Counted from the stretch's first letter, positions 47,850 to 60,995 are shown. The stretch is DNA of 64,000 bases from Takakia lepidozioides (GCA_030704615.1 CM060733.1:63922001-63986000); one strand, 5' to 3'. The notes: a model not told the origin generated them from the sequence alone. Program-made: numbers and translations.

Positions 47850-49625
47850 AACATGCATGCAAGATTGCATTATCTTACTTTGCAATGCATTCATCCCAAA
47901 TTGACAAGTTCCTCTTGATCTCCTTGGAACTCATAGCACGCTAATGTGCCCAATGACAAGTGCCAAGCCTTGCTTGAATTTGAATTTTGTATGCCATCTT
48001 CCATGTGCTTTCCCTTGCATGGGCTAGTCACACACACTTCCACCTCTTGACCTAGGTGTTGTCTTCATTCATCATGTGTATCCACACCTCTATTCAAGAG
48101 CTCATCTTCTCAAACTTGAAGTCACAAGCCCTAAAGAGCATGCTCCACATAAGCATCACTTGCTTGATCAACCATCCACCACAAAACTTAAGCAAAAAGG
48201 AAATGAATACATGAGCTTCACCTTCCCCTTCCTTGTCTTGTCACATGCTAATGTATGGTTGAAGTTGTTATGCATGCCGTGAGCCACAATCTCCTTTCTT
48301 CATGAAGACCACCTCCAATGATCTCCCACATGTGCTCCAAGCTCTTCAATACTCTAGGCTTGATTTCACATCATCATGGATAGAATTCTCACCCACATGC
48401 TTCCCTTTGGAGTCATCTTGAGCTTCTTGATGCTCTCCAAGTGGTTGCTTTTGTTGTCTTCAAGCCCTAGCCTATGTAGCTCCTTGGCTTTTCTTCCACA
48501 ACATGCACCACCTCATACACAAGGTATGAACTTGCTCACTTCACCTTCTAGCTCTCCTCAAGCTTGAATTGGAAGCCACACTTGGAAAGCATGCTCCACA
48601 CATGCGCCACTTGCTTGGTCAATCACTTACTTCACCAAGAGCAATCCAAGAACTCATAGAACTAGCAAAAACACTCCCTTCTAGCGCCGCCTTCGCTTGT
48701 TTGTTTGTCAACCAAATGAAACCCCACTTGGCTTCATTTCACCATGGATAGAACAACCACTTCTTAGCTTCTCTTGAGCTACTCAATGCTCCTCAACCTA
48801 CCCTTGTTGTACTCCTTCTATGGTGTTTCCAACCCAAGCATGTGCCGCTCTTTGGCTTCTCTTTCATACCATGAACAAGTACTAGAGCTTGCTCTTGAAA
48901 CCCTAGTGTCTATCTTCTCCACACACAAGACGCTTCTCTTGTGATGCAATAGCTCTTTTCCAAGCTCTCAAACCCTTAGTGCACATACAAGCACTTACCT
49001 TGCAAAACCATGCAAGCTTTGTGATACAAGAGCTCTCTCCTTAAGCTCTCCACCTCTGCAAAGTCTTGTAACTCAAGAGCTCACTCCTTGAGCTCTCCAC
49101 CTCCTTGATGCAATGCAAAAACACTCCTCCTTGCAACACCTTGCAAGCCTTGTGAGATACTTGAGCTTTCCTAGCCCTCTCACTCCTTGGTGCATACCAA
49201 CACAAGTGCTAAAACTAATCCTTACACTCCGCACTCACAAGCATAAGGTCATCTTCTTGTAGTGATAATGGAAGTGAACACACAATGGAAACACTCCACT
49301 CATGAATCCATTCAATCACATAAACTAAGTCAAGCCAAGGGCACCTTTGCTAAAGGAATCCACCCTACAAAGCCCTCACCACACTCCCTCTCAATACCTA
49401 GAGCTATGGAGGTGGGAGAGGCTCATGGAGGCTCAACTACAAGATGAGCCTCCTCCATCCTCACAAGGGGAAAACCTATCCCCATGTCCCAAGTGAGGCT
49501 CGACACCTCACTTGGCATGTGAGACCCAATGAAGTCCCAACACACAAAATATAATATAAATATCTAAAATGTCCTAGTTAATTAGCAGTAGGTAATTCTA
49601 GATAACCATGACTAAAACCATGATA
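47850..49625 (-). mobile_element. Highly degenerate LTR retroelement remnant, possibly copia-derived
   Basis: LTR-like repeat at the right end; PBS-like tggtatgaaag on minus at about 48861-48871; WH..LG-like pre-integrase remnant near 47950. Confidence 0.4.
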
Positions 49626-49629
49626 GCTC

Positions 49630-50240
49630 AGATGGATCACACCTGCCAGCTGCAACATAGATATTTGATAGCAACACATAAGTCACGGCATCCTGTTCAT
49701 CCGACGTGAGGATAGATGTTGCCGCACGTTCAGCCATCTCCACATTGCCATGGATTCTGTGGGCACCAAGCAAGGCTTTCCACACCACAACATCTGGATT
49801 GATGGCATTCTATTAATCAGGTCCACATTTCGTTCAGCCTGCATATTGTCAAATATTCCCTTTGCATCCTCAATGCACCCACATTTTGCATACATGTCCA
49901 CGAGGGCAGTGTCCAGAATGACATTTGGTACGATTCCAGTTTTGATGATGTCACCGTGCACCTCTTTGCCCTTTTCCAGGGCTGTCAGGCTTGTACAAGC
50001 ATTATAAACGCACACAATTGTGATGTGGTTGTGCTTCACCCCTTCCCCCATCATTTGCTCATAGGTCTCCAAGGCCTCCATCCTGCGCCCCTGTTGTGCA
50101 TACCCTGCAAGCATCACACTCCACGACACCACATCTCATTTAGCCATAGTGTTGAACACTTCCTTTGCATTCTCAATGCACCCACATTTGACATACATGT
50201 CCACCAGGGCAGTGTTCAAAATGACATCTGGTAATCTGAC
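49630..50240 (-). pseudogene. PLS-PPR plus E1/E2 domain fragment
   Basis: ORF 49683..50132 (P-L-S), then frameshifted INPDVVVWKALLGAHRIHGNVEMAERAA..TYVLLSNIYVAAG. Confidence 0.88.
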
Positions 50241-50254
50241 AGGCATTCACTTTT

Positions 50255-51460
50255 TTCCCTCGGTTGTCCCACCATTGACTGGGGTCAGAAAAGTATTCAC
50301 TCCACAGTTTCTCCTCATCTCTGCTACCTGTTTCTGGATACTTTCCTGTTGTCACATTGGCAGTTTCATGTCAAAGTCACTCCAAACTAACTCAACCAGC
50401 TAACTTGTAGAATTCAACATGAAAATTTAGGGCAGATTCTGATAAAAGGGAAAAACAGGGTGAACTGTGTTGAAGAAGGTGCCTTGATTAGTAGTGCCTC
50501 ATTTTATCAATTGTGCCGCTGCTGCTACGGCTTCCAGTTGACCATCTACCTATGCAGGTATCTTGTAGCTATCCTTCCACAGGGAATCATAGGTAATCTG
50601 GAGCTTGAAATCTGGCCCTCTTGGATGAATCTGGACCCACACTCTCTCCCTGCTCCTTCAGCTATCCATGCCTCTGCACAAATCATGCCTACATCCTTGC
50701 CTTGCTGCTAGCAGCTGACAATGACAGCCTAGAACTCTTCCAGCAAACCCCCCAACCATACTTCTCACACTAGTTTCTATGCTGACTTGCATCTGCTTCC
50801 AGCAGACATTCACCTTTTTGCCTCGATTGTTCCACCATTGACTGCCCGGTTGGAAACGTATTCATTTCAGAGCTTCTCCTCGTCTCTGTTATCTATGTTT
50901 TGATATTTCCCTGTTGCCACATTGCCAGTAACATATGTCAAAATCCTTCCAAAACCACCATAGAAACGAGCTAACTTGCAGAATTCAGCAGGAAAATTTA
51001 GGGACGACTTTGATAACAGGGAAAAAATAGGCTAAAATGTGTTGAAGAATGTGCCGTCATTAGCAGTGCCTTCCCTATACTCAATTGTGCTGCTGCCGCT
51101 GCTGTTTCCAACTGACCATCTACCCATACAGATTTCTTGTAGCTATTGATCCACATGAATCAGAAGTAATCTTGTGTTTGAAATCCAACCCTCTTGGATG
51201 AATCTGGACCTCTATCCCTGGTCCTTCAGCCAGCTAACTTGCAGAATTCAACATGGAAATTTAGGGCCGATTCTGATAAGAGGGAAAAACAGGGTGAAAT
51301 GTGTTGAAGAAGCCTTCATTAGTGCAGTGCCTGATTTTATCCATTGCGTCGCTGCTGCTGCGGCTTGCAGTTGACCATATGCCTTCCACAGGGAGTCATA
51401 GGTCATCTGGAGCTTGAAATCCGGCCCTCTTGGATGAATCTGGGCCCACACTCTATCCTG
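50255..51460 (-). pseudogene. Cluster of OSB-type PDF motif exon fragments
   Basis: DEEKLWSEYFSDPSQWWDNRGKK (ORF 50173..50355); IHPRGPDFKLQ at about 50600-50632 and 51410-51440; another N-half at about 50812-50885; IHPRGLDFKH at about 51172-51203. Confidence 0.8.
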
Positions 51461-52075
51461 CTAGCAGCTGTAGCTCAGCTGACACTGATGGCATGAAGTT
51501 CTTCCAGCAAACACCCCAACCCTACCTATAGTAACATGTCAAAATCACTCGAAAATCACATGCTAAAATAGGTTGAAGAAGAAGGTGCCCTCACCACATT
51601 GTCCTTGACCTTGTGTCATGACCCATGGAGGATTTGACAAAACATCAACTCAAAAGGACCTCTTGTGTGTGTTGCTTGTGTCTATAGTCAGGTACTGTCG
51701 GATTGCTCTGAGAACCATCACGGTGCAGCTGAGCAGACAGAGATCATTGACACACGGCCTGCTCCAACCTACTCTCCCAAGAACCTGGTAAACATCAGGA
51801 AGAATACGCGCGCCGCAAAAGTGGGAGCAGCAACGAGGAGGACGAAGTGTGCGCAGCAGATGAAGGAGCCAAGAGCGCGCAGCAGAAGAGGATGATGTGT
51901 GTGCAGCGGGAAGAGGACCAGGTGAGCGCACAACAGATAATAGGGCTTAGTGAGGCGGGAAAAAAAAAAAATCGCAAAAGGGATTTGAGCACGCGATGTC
52001 GCGGCGGGTAGACAAAGACCTTACCAGTACGCTACATACCAACATCTATAGCATACCCCCAAATATATGTATATA

Positions 52076-52135
52076 CTAGGGCTTCGCGTTGCTCCGCACT
52101 ACTAGCGACGAATTCTGAGAACTACGTTCAATTGG
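52076..52135 (-). mobile_element. Helitron-like 3' terminus (shared with 55052-55108)
   Basis: Minus strand reads ...gcggagcaacgcgaagccCTAGt; the 57-bp block is repeated at 55052. Confidence 0.5.
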
Positions 52136-52394
52136 CACAAAAAGGAGCGGGTCATCCCCACGCATACAATGATTATTTTGATTGGAAATATATATTATGC
52201 AAAAAACATGAGGAACAATGCAAAGGTATAACATAGGCATACCCCTATTTATGCCCAAGAAGTGAGGGGGAGTTGAACCTCCTTTTCTGCCCGGTATGCA
52301 GACACTTCCCCTTCCCCCTTCATCCCTCCGTCCCTCCCTCTGTCCCTCCCCAAGCAGCAAGCATCACATCACATCCTATGTAGTTGCACTGACC

Positions 52395-54430
52395 ATCCTC
52401 TTCATCATCGCCCTCCACGACACCACATCTCGTTCAGCCATACTGTCGAGCACTCCCTTTGCATCCTCGATGCACTCACATTTGACATACATGTCCAGCA
52501 GGGCAGTGTTCAGAATGACATCGGGTACAATTCCAGATGTGACAATGTCACCATGGACCACTTTGCACCTTTCCAGAGCTGCCAGGCTTGCACACGCATT
52601 GCAAATGCAAACAAACGTTATGTGGTCGGGCTTCACCCCTTCCCCCATCATTTGCTCATAGGTCTCTGAAGCCTCCATCTCGCGCGCTTGCTGTGCATAT
52701 CCTACAATCATCGCCCTCCACGACACCACATCTCATTCAACCATACTGTCAAAAACTCCGTTCATACATGTCCACGAGGGTAGTGTTCAGAATGACACTT
52801 GGTACAATTGTAGCTCTGACAATGTCGCCATGGACCTCTTCGCCCTTTTCTAGAGCTGCCAGGCTTGCACACGCATTGCAAATGCATACAAATGTGATGT
52901 GGTCGGGCTTCACCCCTTCCCCCATCATTTGATCATAGGTCTCCAAGTCTTCATACCACGTCCTCGCTGTGCAAACCCTGCAAGCATCGTCTTCCATGAC
53001 ACCACAACTCATTCAGCCATAGTGTTGAAAACTCCCTTCGCATCCTTAATGCACCCACATTTGGCATACATGTCCACCAGGGTAGTGTTCAAAATGACAT
53101 TTGGTACAATTCCAGCTTTGACGATGTCACCATGGACTTCTTTCCCCTTTTCCAGAGCTCCCAGGCTTGCATACGCATTGCAAACACAAACAAATGTGAT
53201 GTGGTTGGGCTTCACCCCTTCGCGCAGCATTTGCTCATAGGTCTCCAAAGCAATCCTACCACACCCATGCTTGGTAGATCCTGCCAACATTATCACGTGA
53301 TCAAAGATTGTTGAGGCATTCTGTTGAACACTTGGTGAGCATCCATGATGCTCCCGCACTTAACATACATGTTGACAAGGGTGTTGAGAAGAAAAACATT
53401 TGTTGTGAATCCACTTTGGATAATGTGAGTGTGCACCTGCTTTCCAGCTTCCAGACTTCCATCTTGATGCACTTAAGCAAGAGACAGACATACGCATCTG
53501 AATCTGCTGAAATGCCGCCTTGGGTTTAAAGTCTGTAGAGCCTCTGTCAGTCTGCCTGCCACACAAAGCATCTTCACATGCCCAGAAGTGCCAGAAGAGG
53601 CATTGTGGACTCCCTCTCTTGATCCCCTTTCAGAAGCTGTGGTCATGGTTGAGGTGCCTGATTTTATCAACTGTGCCGCTGCAGCTGCTGCCTTTAGTTG
53701 ACCATCTACGCATGCAGGTTTCTTGTAGCTATTGATCCATAGGGAATCATACGTAATCTTGTGCTTGAAATCTGGCCCTCTTGGATGAATCTGGACCCAC
53801 ACTCTATCCCTTCTCCTTCAGTTATCCATGCCTCTGCACAAATCATGCATTCATCTTTGTCCTTGCTGCTAGCAGCTGACAATGACAGCTTAGGAAACAC
53901 CCAATCACACTAGTTCCTATCCACACTGTTACCTGTTTTTGGATACTTTACTGTTATCACATTGGCAGCATCATGTCAAAGTCACTCCAAACTAGATTCA
54001 CTCAACCAGCTAACTTGCAGAATTCAACATGGAAATTCAGGGCCGATTCTGACAAGAGAGAAAAACAGGGTGAAATGTGTTGAAGAAGGTGCCTTCATTA
54101 GCAGTCCTTGTTCAATTGTGCTGCTGCCGCTGCTGTTTCCAGTTGACCATCTACCCATGCAAATACTCCCTTTGCATCCTCAATGCACCCCTTCCCCCAT
54201 CATTTGCTCATAGGTCTCCAAGTCCTCCATCCCACGCCCCTGCTGTGCCTTCATTAGGTGCCTTGTTCTATCAATCCTAAATTGCATCTACTTTTCTCTG
54301 TAGTCCAACAAGCATTTATCTTTTTGTCTCTATAATCCCACCATTGACTGGGGTCGGAAAAGTGTTCATTCCAAAGCTTCTCCTCATCTCTGTTATCTGT
54401 TTTTGGGTACTTTCCTGCTGCCACATTGGC
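52395..54430 (-). pseudogene. Best-preserved PDF-motif + PLS-PPR pseudogene
   Basis: PDF N-half about 54335-54390. ORF 53473..53802 joins IHPRGPDFKHKITYDSLWINSYKKPACVDGQL in frame to VKMLCVAGRLTEALQTL, followed by successive L-S-P repeats (ORFs 53009..53359, 52749..53012, 52376..52729) with frameshifts. Confidence 0.88.
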
Positions 54431-55021
54431 AGTAACTTGTCAAAGTCACTCCAAACCACTACAGATCCACCCAACGAGCTAACTTACAGAATTCAATATG
54501 CATCTCAAGACCAAGTCTGATTAGAGGGCAAAACAGGCTGAAATAGGTCGAAGAAGAAGGTGCCCTCACCAGATTGTCCTTGACCTTGTGTCATGATCCA
54601 TGGAGGATATGACCGACCATCAACCCAAAAGGACCTCTTGTGTGTGCTGTTTGTGTGTGTAGTCAAGTCGGATTGGTCTGTGAGAACCACCACGGTGCAT
54701 CTGAGCAAGCAGAGATCGAAACACCCAAGCTGACTCTCCCAAGAACCTTGTAGTAAACATCAATCTCTTCAGGAAGTCTTCAGCTCAGCATGGATTTCCT
54801 CAATTCGTTGAGAGCTTGCAGCTTGCAAGGTGAACGATGGCGGAAAACGCAGATCAAGAAGATCAAGATCCGGGCATTTTGGGCAGCTCCCAAAAATTTG
54901 TCGCGGCAATTTCTATTGGCTTATTTTGGGCGGGCAGCCCGGGCAGATTTAAAGAATTTGACAACGAAACGTGGCAACGATGACGTGGCACTATGGCACC
55001 CTATTCCTGCTCTACGCCAAA

Positions 55022-55110
55022 CTAGCTTCCGACCTTCGGTCGTCGCTAGAACTAGGGCTCCGCGTTGCTCCGCACTACTAGCGACGACTTCTGAGAACTA
55101 CGTTCAATTT
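55022..55110 (-). mobile_element. Stacked Helitron-like 3' ends
   Basis: Minus strand: hairpin CGACCGAAGGTCG followed by gaagCTAG|t ending at 55022; further CTAG at 55046, 55052 and 55078. Confidence 0.55.
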
Positions 55111-56959
55111 TCACAAGAAGGGTGTGAACTATACTAGGACTGTCAACACTGAGAATATGTAGAGAATATGTAGAGCAGTTTCATTCGGGCCCTGTTCATT
55201 CTAGAGTTGTCCAGGAATTACTGTGGCCCAGGAATTAGAGTGGGGGGCTTATGTAGTAAGGCCACGTGTATTAAGGAATGAGATCAAGGGGTCCAGAAAA
55301 AGAAGGGAGGAATATTAAATTGGCCAAATTTAGATAGGGAGTCTTGTAAGGCTGACATGTGTCCAGGGCCTTCTTATAAGGTCCTACGGTCGGCGGGCTT
55401 CTAGAAGGGTCCCACCGCCCCGAGAGGGTATATAAGGGAGGGCCCCCCCTCTTATTACCTACTAACTTACTACTTACTAAATTAGTAAGCAATGAGGCAG
55501 GCCCCCCCCAAAAAAACAGCAAACATGAATCTATTAATTAATAAAAACCACAATACCTACTGCTTTAATAAGTACGTTTCAATACGGTCTATATATTATA
55601 TGTATATAATCAGTTAATTAGTTAAATAATTTATATGTATATCAGTGAATTAGTGAATAATATGTTATATGTGTATATATAATCAGTGAATTAGTGAGGT
55701 ATTTTGTTTTTTATATATTGGTATTTTGTTTTTTTGGAAAAGGATATCATCGAAAATACATTACGAATACATGAAAAATATATAATGCAAATGGAACGCA
55801 TGTACAGTTTATGCGAATTTGTTTAAAAGAAAGGGGCCAGTGGCCATTTCACTCAAATCAAAGAGGGGGAAAAAACCCCAGCAAGCGTTCAAAAAGTCAT
55901 AGGCCTGCAAATAGGGGGCCAACACTGATGAAGCCAGCCCCGACCTGCCAGAACTCTACCTACATAGCCACGTTGAAATGGGCCTTGCCCAAGAAGCTAG
56001 AATTTGTTTAAAAGAAAGCGGCCAGTGGCCATTTCACTGAAATCATAGTCCCGACAAGGCACCTTATTTAATCTGCCAGGGTAAGTAAAGGCACACCCAG
56101 TTCAGCAACTCTGAGAGCTCTCAAGTACTCATACTGCAGCTTTATGACAGACAATATGTTGAAAGGAAACCCTTCACCCCAAACACCTAGTTTGAAGATG
56201 TACTTGCGGTCTGCTCTGGTGATTGCTAATGACTGAACCTCCTCAAATTCCAACTGGCCCCAACAACCTATTGGTAGCACCCAAAACTGGATTGCATACC
56301 CGACTGATGTGCTCTTTCACATAATGTATCTGCTGCCTATGATACTACTTCCAACACACGGCCCGCTCCAGCCATGTGATTGCCTCATCAAACTTGCCAA
56401 TTATCAGTGCCATTGACCCTGCTCATTACAACACACTCTCAACTTGTCCAGTCTCTCCCATAAACACTTTTGAGCTGTTAATCTCATGACCACAAAAGCA
56501 AACATGAAGTGGAAATCCTAATGACTACATTGTGTACATGGCTGACTATCAAGTAGAAAGGACCAATATCATTGAATACAACAGCAGATTATGGACGCCC
56601 TCAAGAAGGGGCATGAATACCTAGTCCTCGTAGACACATTTTCTGATCAGGTAGCACCTTCAGCAGCCCTCTGAAGATGACCCCTGCATTCTGCCCATCA
56701 ACATTCTGCATGATAAGCCTCAACCTTACATTCTTGACAGAGGGCACTAGGCGAGACTGTCACTATGTGTATAGTAGAGGCAGACTTGATTGACCTCATC
56801 CCTGTGGTCTTCTCAGAGCAGCAAGGATGTTCAGCAAGAAAACCTGGCTGACAAGATGCACATGAACTCTCAAAGCACAGATATTGCTAAGTCCTTGTTA
56901 ATGTGATGGTTTGGAGTGACTTTGACAAGTTACTGCCGATGTGGCAGTAGGAAACAGAT

Positions 56960-57730
56960 AACACAGATGAGGAGACGTTTTGGAATGAACACTTTTCCGA
57001 CCCCAGTCAATGGTGGGACAATGGAGACAAAAAAGTGAATGCCTGTTGGACTACAGAGAGGAGCAGATGCAATTTAGCATAGGAACTAGTGTGATGAGCT
57101 GAGTTGTGTGTTTCCTAGAACATGTCTAGGCTGTCATTGTCAGCTGCTAGCCTTGCAAGGATATATATGTAATTTGTGCAAAGACATGGATAGCTGAAGG
57201 AGCAGGGATAGAGTGTGGGTCCAGATTCATCCAAGAGGGCCAGATTTCAAGCACAAGAGTACCTGTGATTCCCTATGGATCAATAGCTACAAGAAACCTG
57301 CATGGGTAGATGGTCAACTGGAAGCCGCAGCAGCAACGACACAATTGATAAAATCAGGCACTGCTAATCAAGGCACCTTCTTCAGCACATTTCACCCTGT
57401 TTTTCCCTCACAACAGGAAAGTAGCCAAAAACAGGTAACAGAGATGAGGAGAAGTTGTGGAATGAATATTTTTCTGACCCCAGTCACTGGTGACAGCCCT
57501 GGAAAAGTGCAAAGAGGTGCATGGTTGCATCACCAAAGCTGGAATTGTACCAAATGTGATTCTTCAGGAACAATACCCCCGTGGACATGTATGCCAAATG
57601 TGGGAGCATTGAGGATGCGGAGGGAGTGTTCAACACTATGGCTGAACGAGATGTGGTGTCGTGGAATGCGATGCTTGCAGGCTGTGCACAGCAGGGGCGC
57701 GGGATGGAGGCTTTGCAGACCTAGCAAATG
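56960..57730 (+). pseudogene. Complete PDF motif split by a putative intron (57035-57224), followed by PPR fragments
   Basis: DEETFWNEHFSDPSQWWDNGDKK | GT..AG | IHPRGPDFKHKSTCDSLWINSYKKPAWVDGQL; splicing restores OSB-like spacing, although the acceptor lacks a pyrimidine tract. Confidence 0.75.
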
Positions 57731-58148
57731 ACGGGGGAAGGGGTGCTTATGCCGAGGAAGCCAAGGGAGGGGCTGAGATACATGAAGAAACAACATCCTA
57801 GATCTGATGTGCATGAATGGATGGTTTTAGACTGGAGGTGAGATTCGGAATCCAATAGATGAGGAGCTTCGTCGGTCACCTCATGGGAGTTTTACCAAGG
57901 TGAGTGGGCTATCTTTTGAATTTTTTTTGCTAGGGATGTATGCTTCTTTTATGCTATGGATGAGTGCAGTGGTTTTGTCTTAGATATCAAGCACATGAAA
58001 ATAGGTAGAGTATTCTTCATATGGTTTTTGTATGTCCTACCTATGCCAGGTAGACCCCACTATCAGGAAATTATGGTAGATGGTCTGAGTAGCTACACAA
58101 ATCAATGAATGAAGCAAGACACTAGCATCTTTCCAAGAAAACATCCTT

Positions 58149-58570
58149 TCACCAGTAATCACCACAAGAACAAATCCCATCTTCAAAGTGGTGGAAAGTA
58201 GTTAGCGTCCCATACAACAATTGCTCGGCCAACAATCTTTGAGATGAATTTGGTGGAGGTGTGGCAGTCTCCACACACTCGAAGATTCTTGATGAGTCGT
58301 GCTGATCAGCCCAAAACCAATGGCCAGCTTCTCACTGTGGTGGCAAAGAGAAAATTCCTTTCCTCCACATCATGCAATAAAAAGAGTGTGTCAGGCACAT
58401 ACCCCGCCTCCTTCATCTACCCAGACAATCTTCTCAGCTTAGCATGGATTTCCTTAATTCTGGGATGCAACTTGTCATCTGGCTCCTTTCTAACCCCTCT
58501 CACCTTTATCATTCTTCTCACCTTTGCAGTATCATCCCACCTGCCAGCTGCAGCATAGATGTTTGAAATA
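58149..58570 (-). pseudogene. E2/DYW cytidine-deaminase domain of a PPR editing factor, disrupted
   Basis: [90 protein letters not shown]. The PG box is deleted; a stop and frameshifts are present. Confidence 0.92.
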
Positions 58571-59322
58571 CCCGTGTGCCTGGTTTTCTCCATCCTGTCG
58601 ATTTTGTTGAAGTGAATATGCTCTGTGTTGTCTTTGCCAAAAATGCCAATGAGAGCTGCCTCCGTGGCAACCTGCGAGTGTAACGGATTAAGATTCTTGG
58701 CCACCAAAGTGAGAGCATCACGCTCGGCGATGGCTTCCAGAGGTGTGGCAGTGATCCCTATCATGCTGGAGCGGCGAGAGCGGAGCTGAGGTTTGATCAA
58801 TGTGTGCTCGATACGTACACCTTGTACTAACATACACTTCTTTGTGTCTTCAGCAGCAAGATGATGAAACAAAACTTTGATGCGGGGCTTGCTTTTTGTA
58901 CGTATAGGATTTCAAATTCGTCTCCGTGTTGGTATGTCTCCATGATAAAATGCATGGTCAGCTTATTGGCGATTTTGCCAAGCAAAGTGTCACTGGCCAT
59001 GTACAGTGAAAGGTAATCGGGCGACGCAAAGAGGTCATAGGCTTTTTCAATTTTACCTTGCATTTGTATCCCGGGAGCCATGGTCATGATGAATGCTCGG
59101 TTCCCTTGAAGCAACGCTAGACCATCCTTGGCGGGGTGGAGAAGCTCCACCTTGAGCAACCCATTCCAGATTTTGCTCCCCCATTTGGTGTAGGCTGTGA
59201 CTAGGGAGTAGAGAATATTGCCGAGAGGAATCTTCATGTCTTCAAAACGCTTGCGGGCTCTGTAAAGAGCTAACTCCTTGGGCATTTCTGTATCGCTATC
59301 AAAGCGGATAATAATGTGAGGG
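58571..59322 (-). mobile_element. Repeat-derived ORF fragment (possibly non-LTR ORF1-like) inserted in the PPR gene
   Basis: Coding-like ORFs 58827..59285 and 58417..58872 are unrelated to PPR and join PPR sequence abruptly on both sides; family assignment is tentative. Confidence 0.4.
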
Positions 59323-60995
59323 TATCAAATCTGGAATTGTGCCCGATGTCATTCTGAACATTGCCCTGGTGGACATGTATGTCAAATGTGGGTGCATCGA
59401 GGATGCAAATGGAATATGGCTGAACGTGATGTGGTTTCGTGGAGTGTGATGATTGCAAGATATGCACAGCAAGGGTGCGGGATGGAGGCTTTGGAGACCT
59501 ATGAGAAAATGATGTGCGAAGGGTTGAAAACCAACCACATCACATTTGTTTGTGTTTGCAATGCGCGTGAAAGCATGGGAGCTCTGGAAAAGGGGAAAGA
59601 GGTCCATGGTGACATCGTCAAAGCTGGAATTGTACCAGATGTCATCCTGAACACTGCCCTTTTCCAGAGCAGTGTTCTCTTGTAGGCAGGACATGCGCCG
59701 TAGCCGCGTTGCTTTATGCTGCTGCATAGTTACGATCTCGTACTACACGAGCACTAACCACCAATTCAAAAATAACTAGCAAGTCGTTTCAACGATTGCA
59801 CAGTCAGACTGCAAAGTTGTGAACTACGTCTCAGAGTGCTGGACTCGTAGTAGCGACCGGACTAGCGGTTTCCTTCAAGGACATGCGTGGCTTCCCGGGT
59901 CTCGCCACTTGCAGGCTGAGGCCACAGCACGTGGCGTAGTGAGTTGTCTGCTAGTTGCCTTCACGACTTGCAAGTGGAGTCGACAACTGGAGTTTTGAAG
60001 TGACAGATGCAACTGGAGGTTTGAAATGCACTACCTCACTAGTGACTACATCGACTGTGGGTTGGGAACCAGGCACTCCTGCTGGTTGCACTGACTTGGG
60101 GGCTGCGACTTGAAGTTCATGTATGTGCAATATTGTTTCTACTGTGTTTGAATAGCAACACGAATGCTACGATCAATCTACTACAGCATTGCAACCAACA
60201 CAATCCCTGCACACTGGGGATGATCATGTCATTGCCTATGTGATTCAAGCACTATGGCTGAACGAGATGTGTTGTTGTGGAACGTGATGCTTGCAGGGAT
60301 ATGCACAGCAGGGGTGTGGGATGGAGGCTTTGGAGACCTATGAGCAAATGATGGGGGAAGGGATGAAGCCCAACCACATCACGTTTGTGTGCGTTTGCAG
60401 TGCGTGTGCAAGCCTGGCAGCCCTGGAAAAGGGCAAAGGTGCATGGTTGCATCGCCAAAGCTGGAATTGTACCATATGTGATTCTGAACAATACCCTCGT
60501 GGACATGTATGGCAAATGTGGGAGCATTGAGGATGCGGAGGGAGTGTTCAACAGTATGGCTGAACAAGATTTTGTGTCATGGAACGCCATGCTTGCAGGA
60601 TATGCACAACAAGGGCGCGGGATGGAGGCCTTGGAGACCTATGAGCAAATGATGGGGGAAGGGGTGAAGTGCAACCACATCAGTATCACCTTTATATGTG
60701 TTCTCTCGCATGCAGCCACACTGGCCTACTGAATGAAGGAAGACGCTACATCGATTCCCTGAGTCAAGACCATGGTGTCACCCCGCCAGTAAAGCATTTT
60801 GGCTGGTGGACCTTCTAGACGTGCGAGACAACTACATGAGGCAGTGGACCTGATTAATAAAATGCCAATCAATCCATATGTTGTGGTGTGGAAGGCCTTG
60901 CTTGGTGCATGCAGAATCCATGGCAATGTGGAGATGGCTGAATGTGTGGCAACATCTATCCTCAAGTGGGATGAACATGATGTTGCGACTTATGC
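59323..60995 (+). pseudogene. PLS-PPR repeats plus E1/E2 N-part, with an unrelated insertion at about 59670-60250
   Basis: ORFs 59386..59685, 60291..60530 and 60385..60732; EAVDLINKMPINPYVVVWKALLGACRIHGNVEMAE..DVATY. Confidence 0.88.

Noticed and set aside
29357-49625. One 20-kb LTR element bounded by the 29357 and 49263 direct repeats
   Set aside because: No TSD and no PPT/PBS at the inner edges; the left copy looks truncated and is flanked by duplicated pieces of another LTR.
56050-56900. Possible retroelement coding remnant
   Set aside because: No diagnostic motif could be read in any frame.
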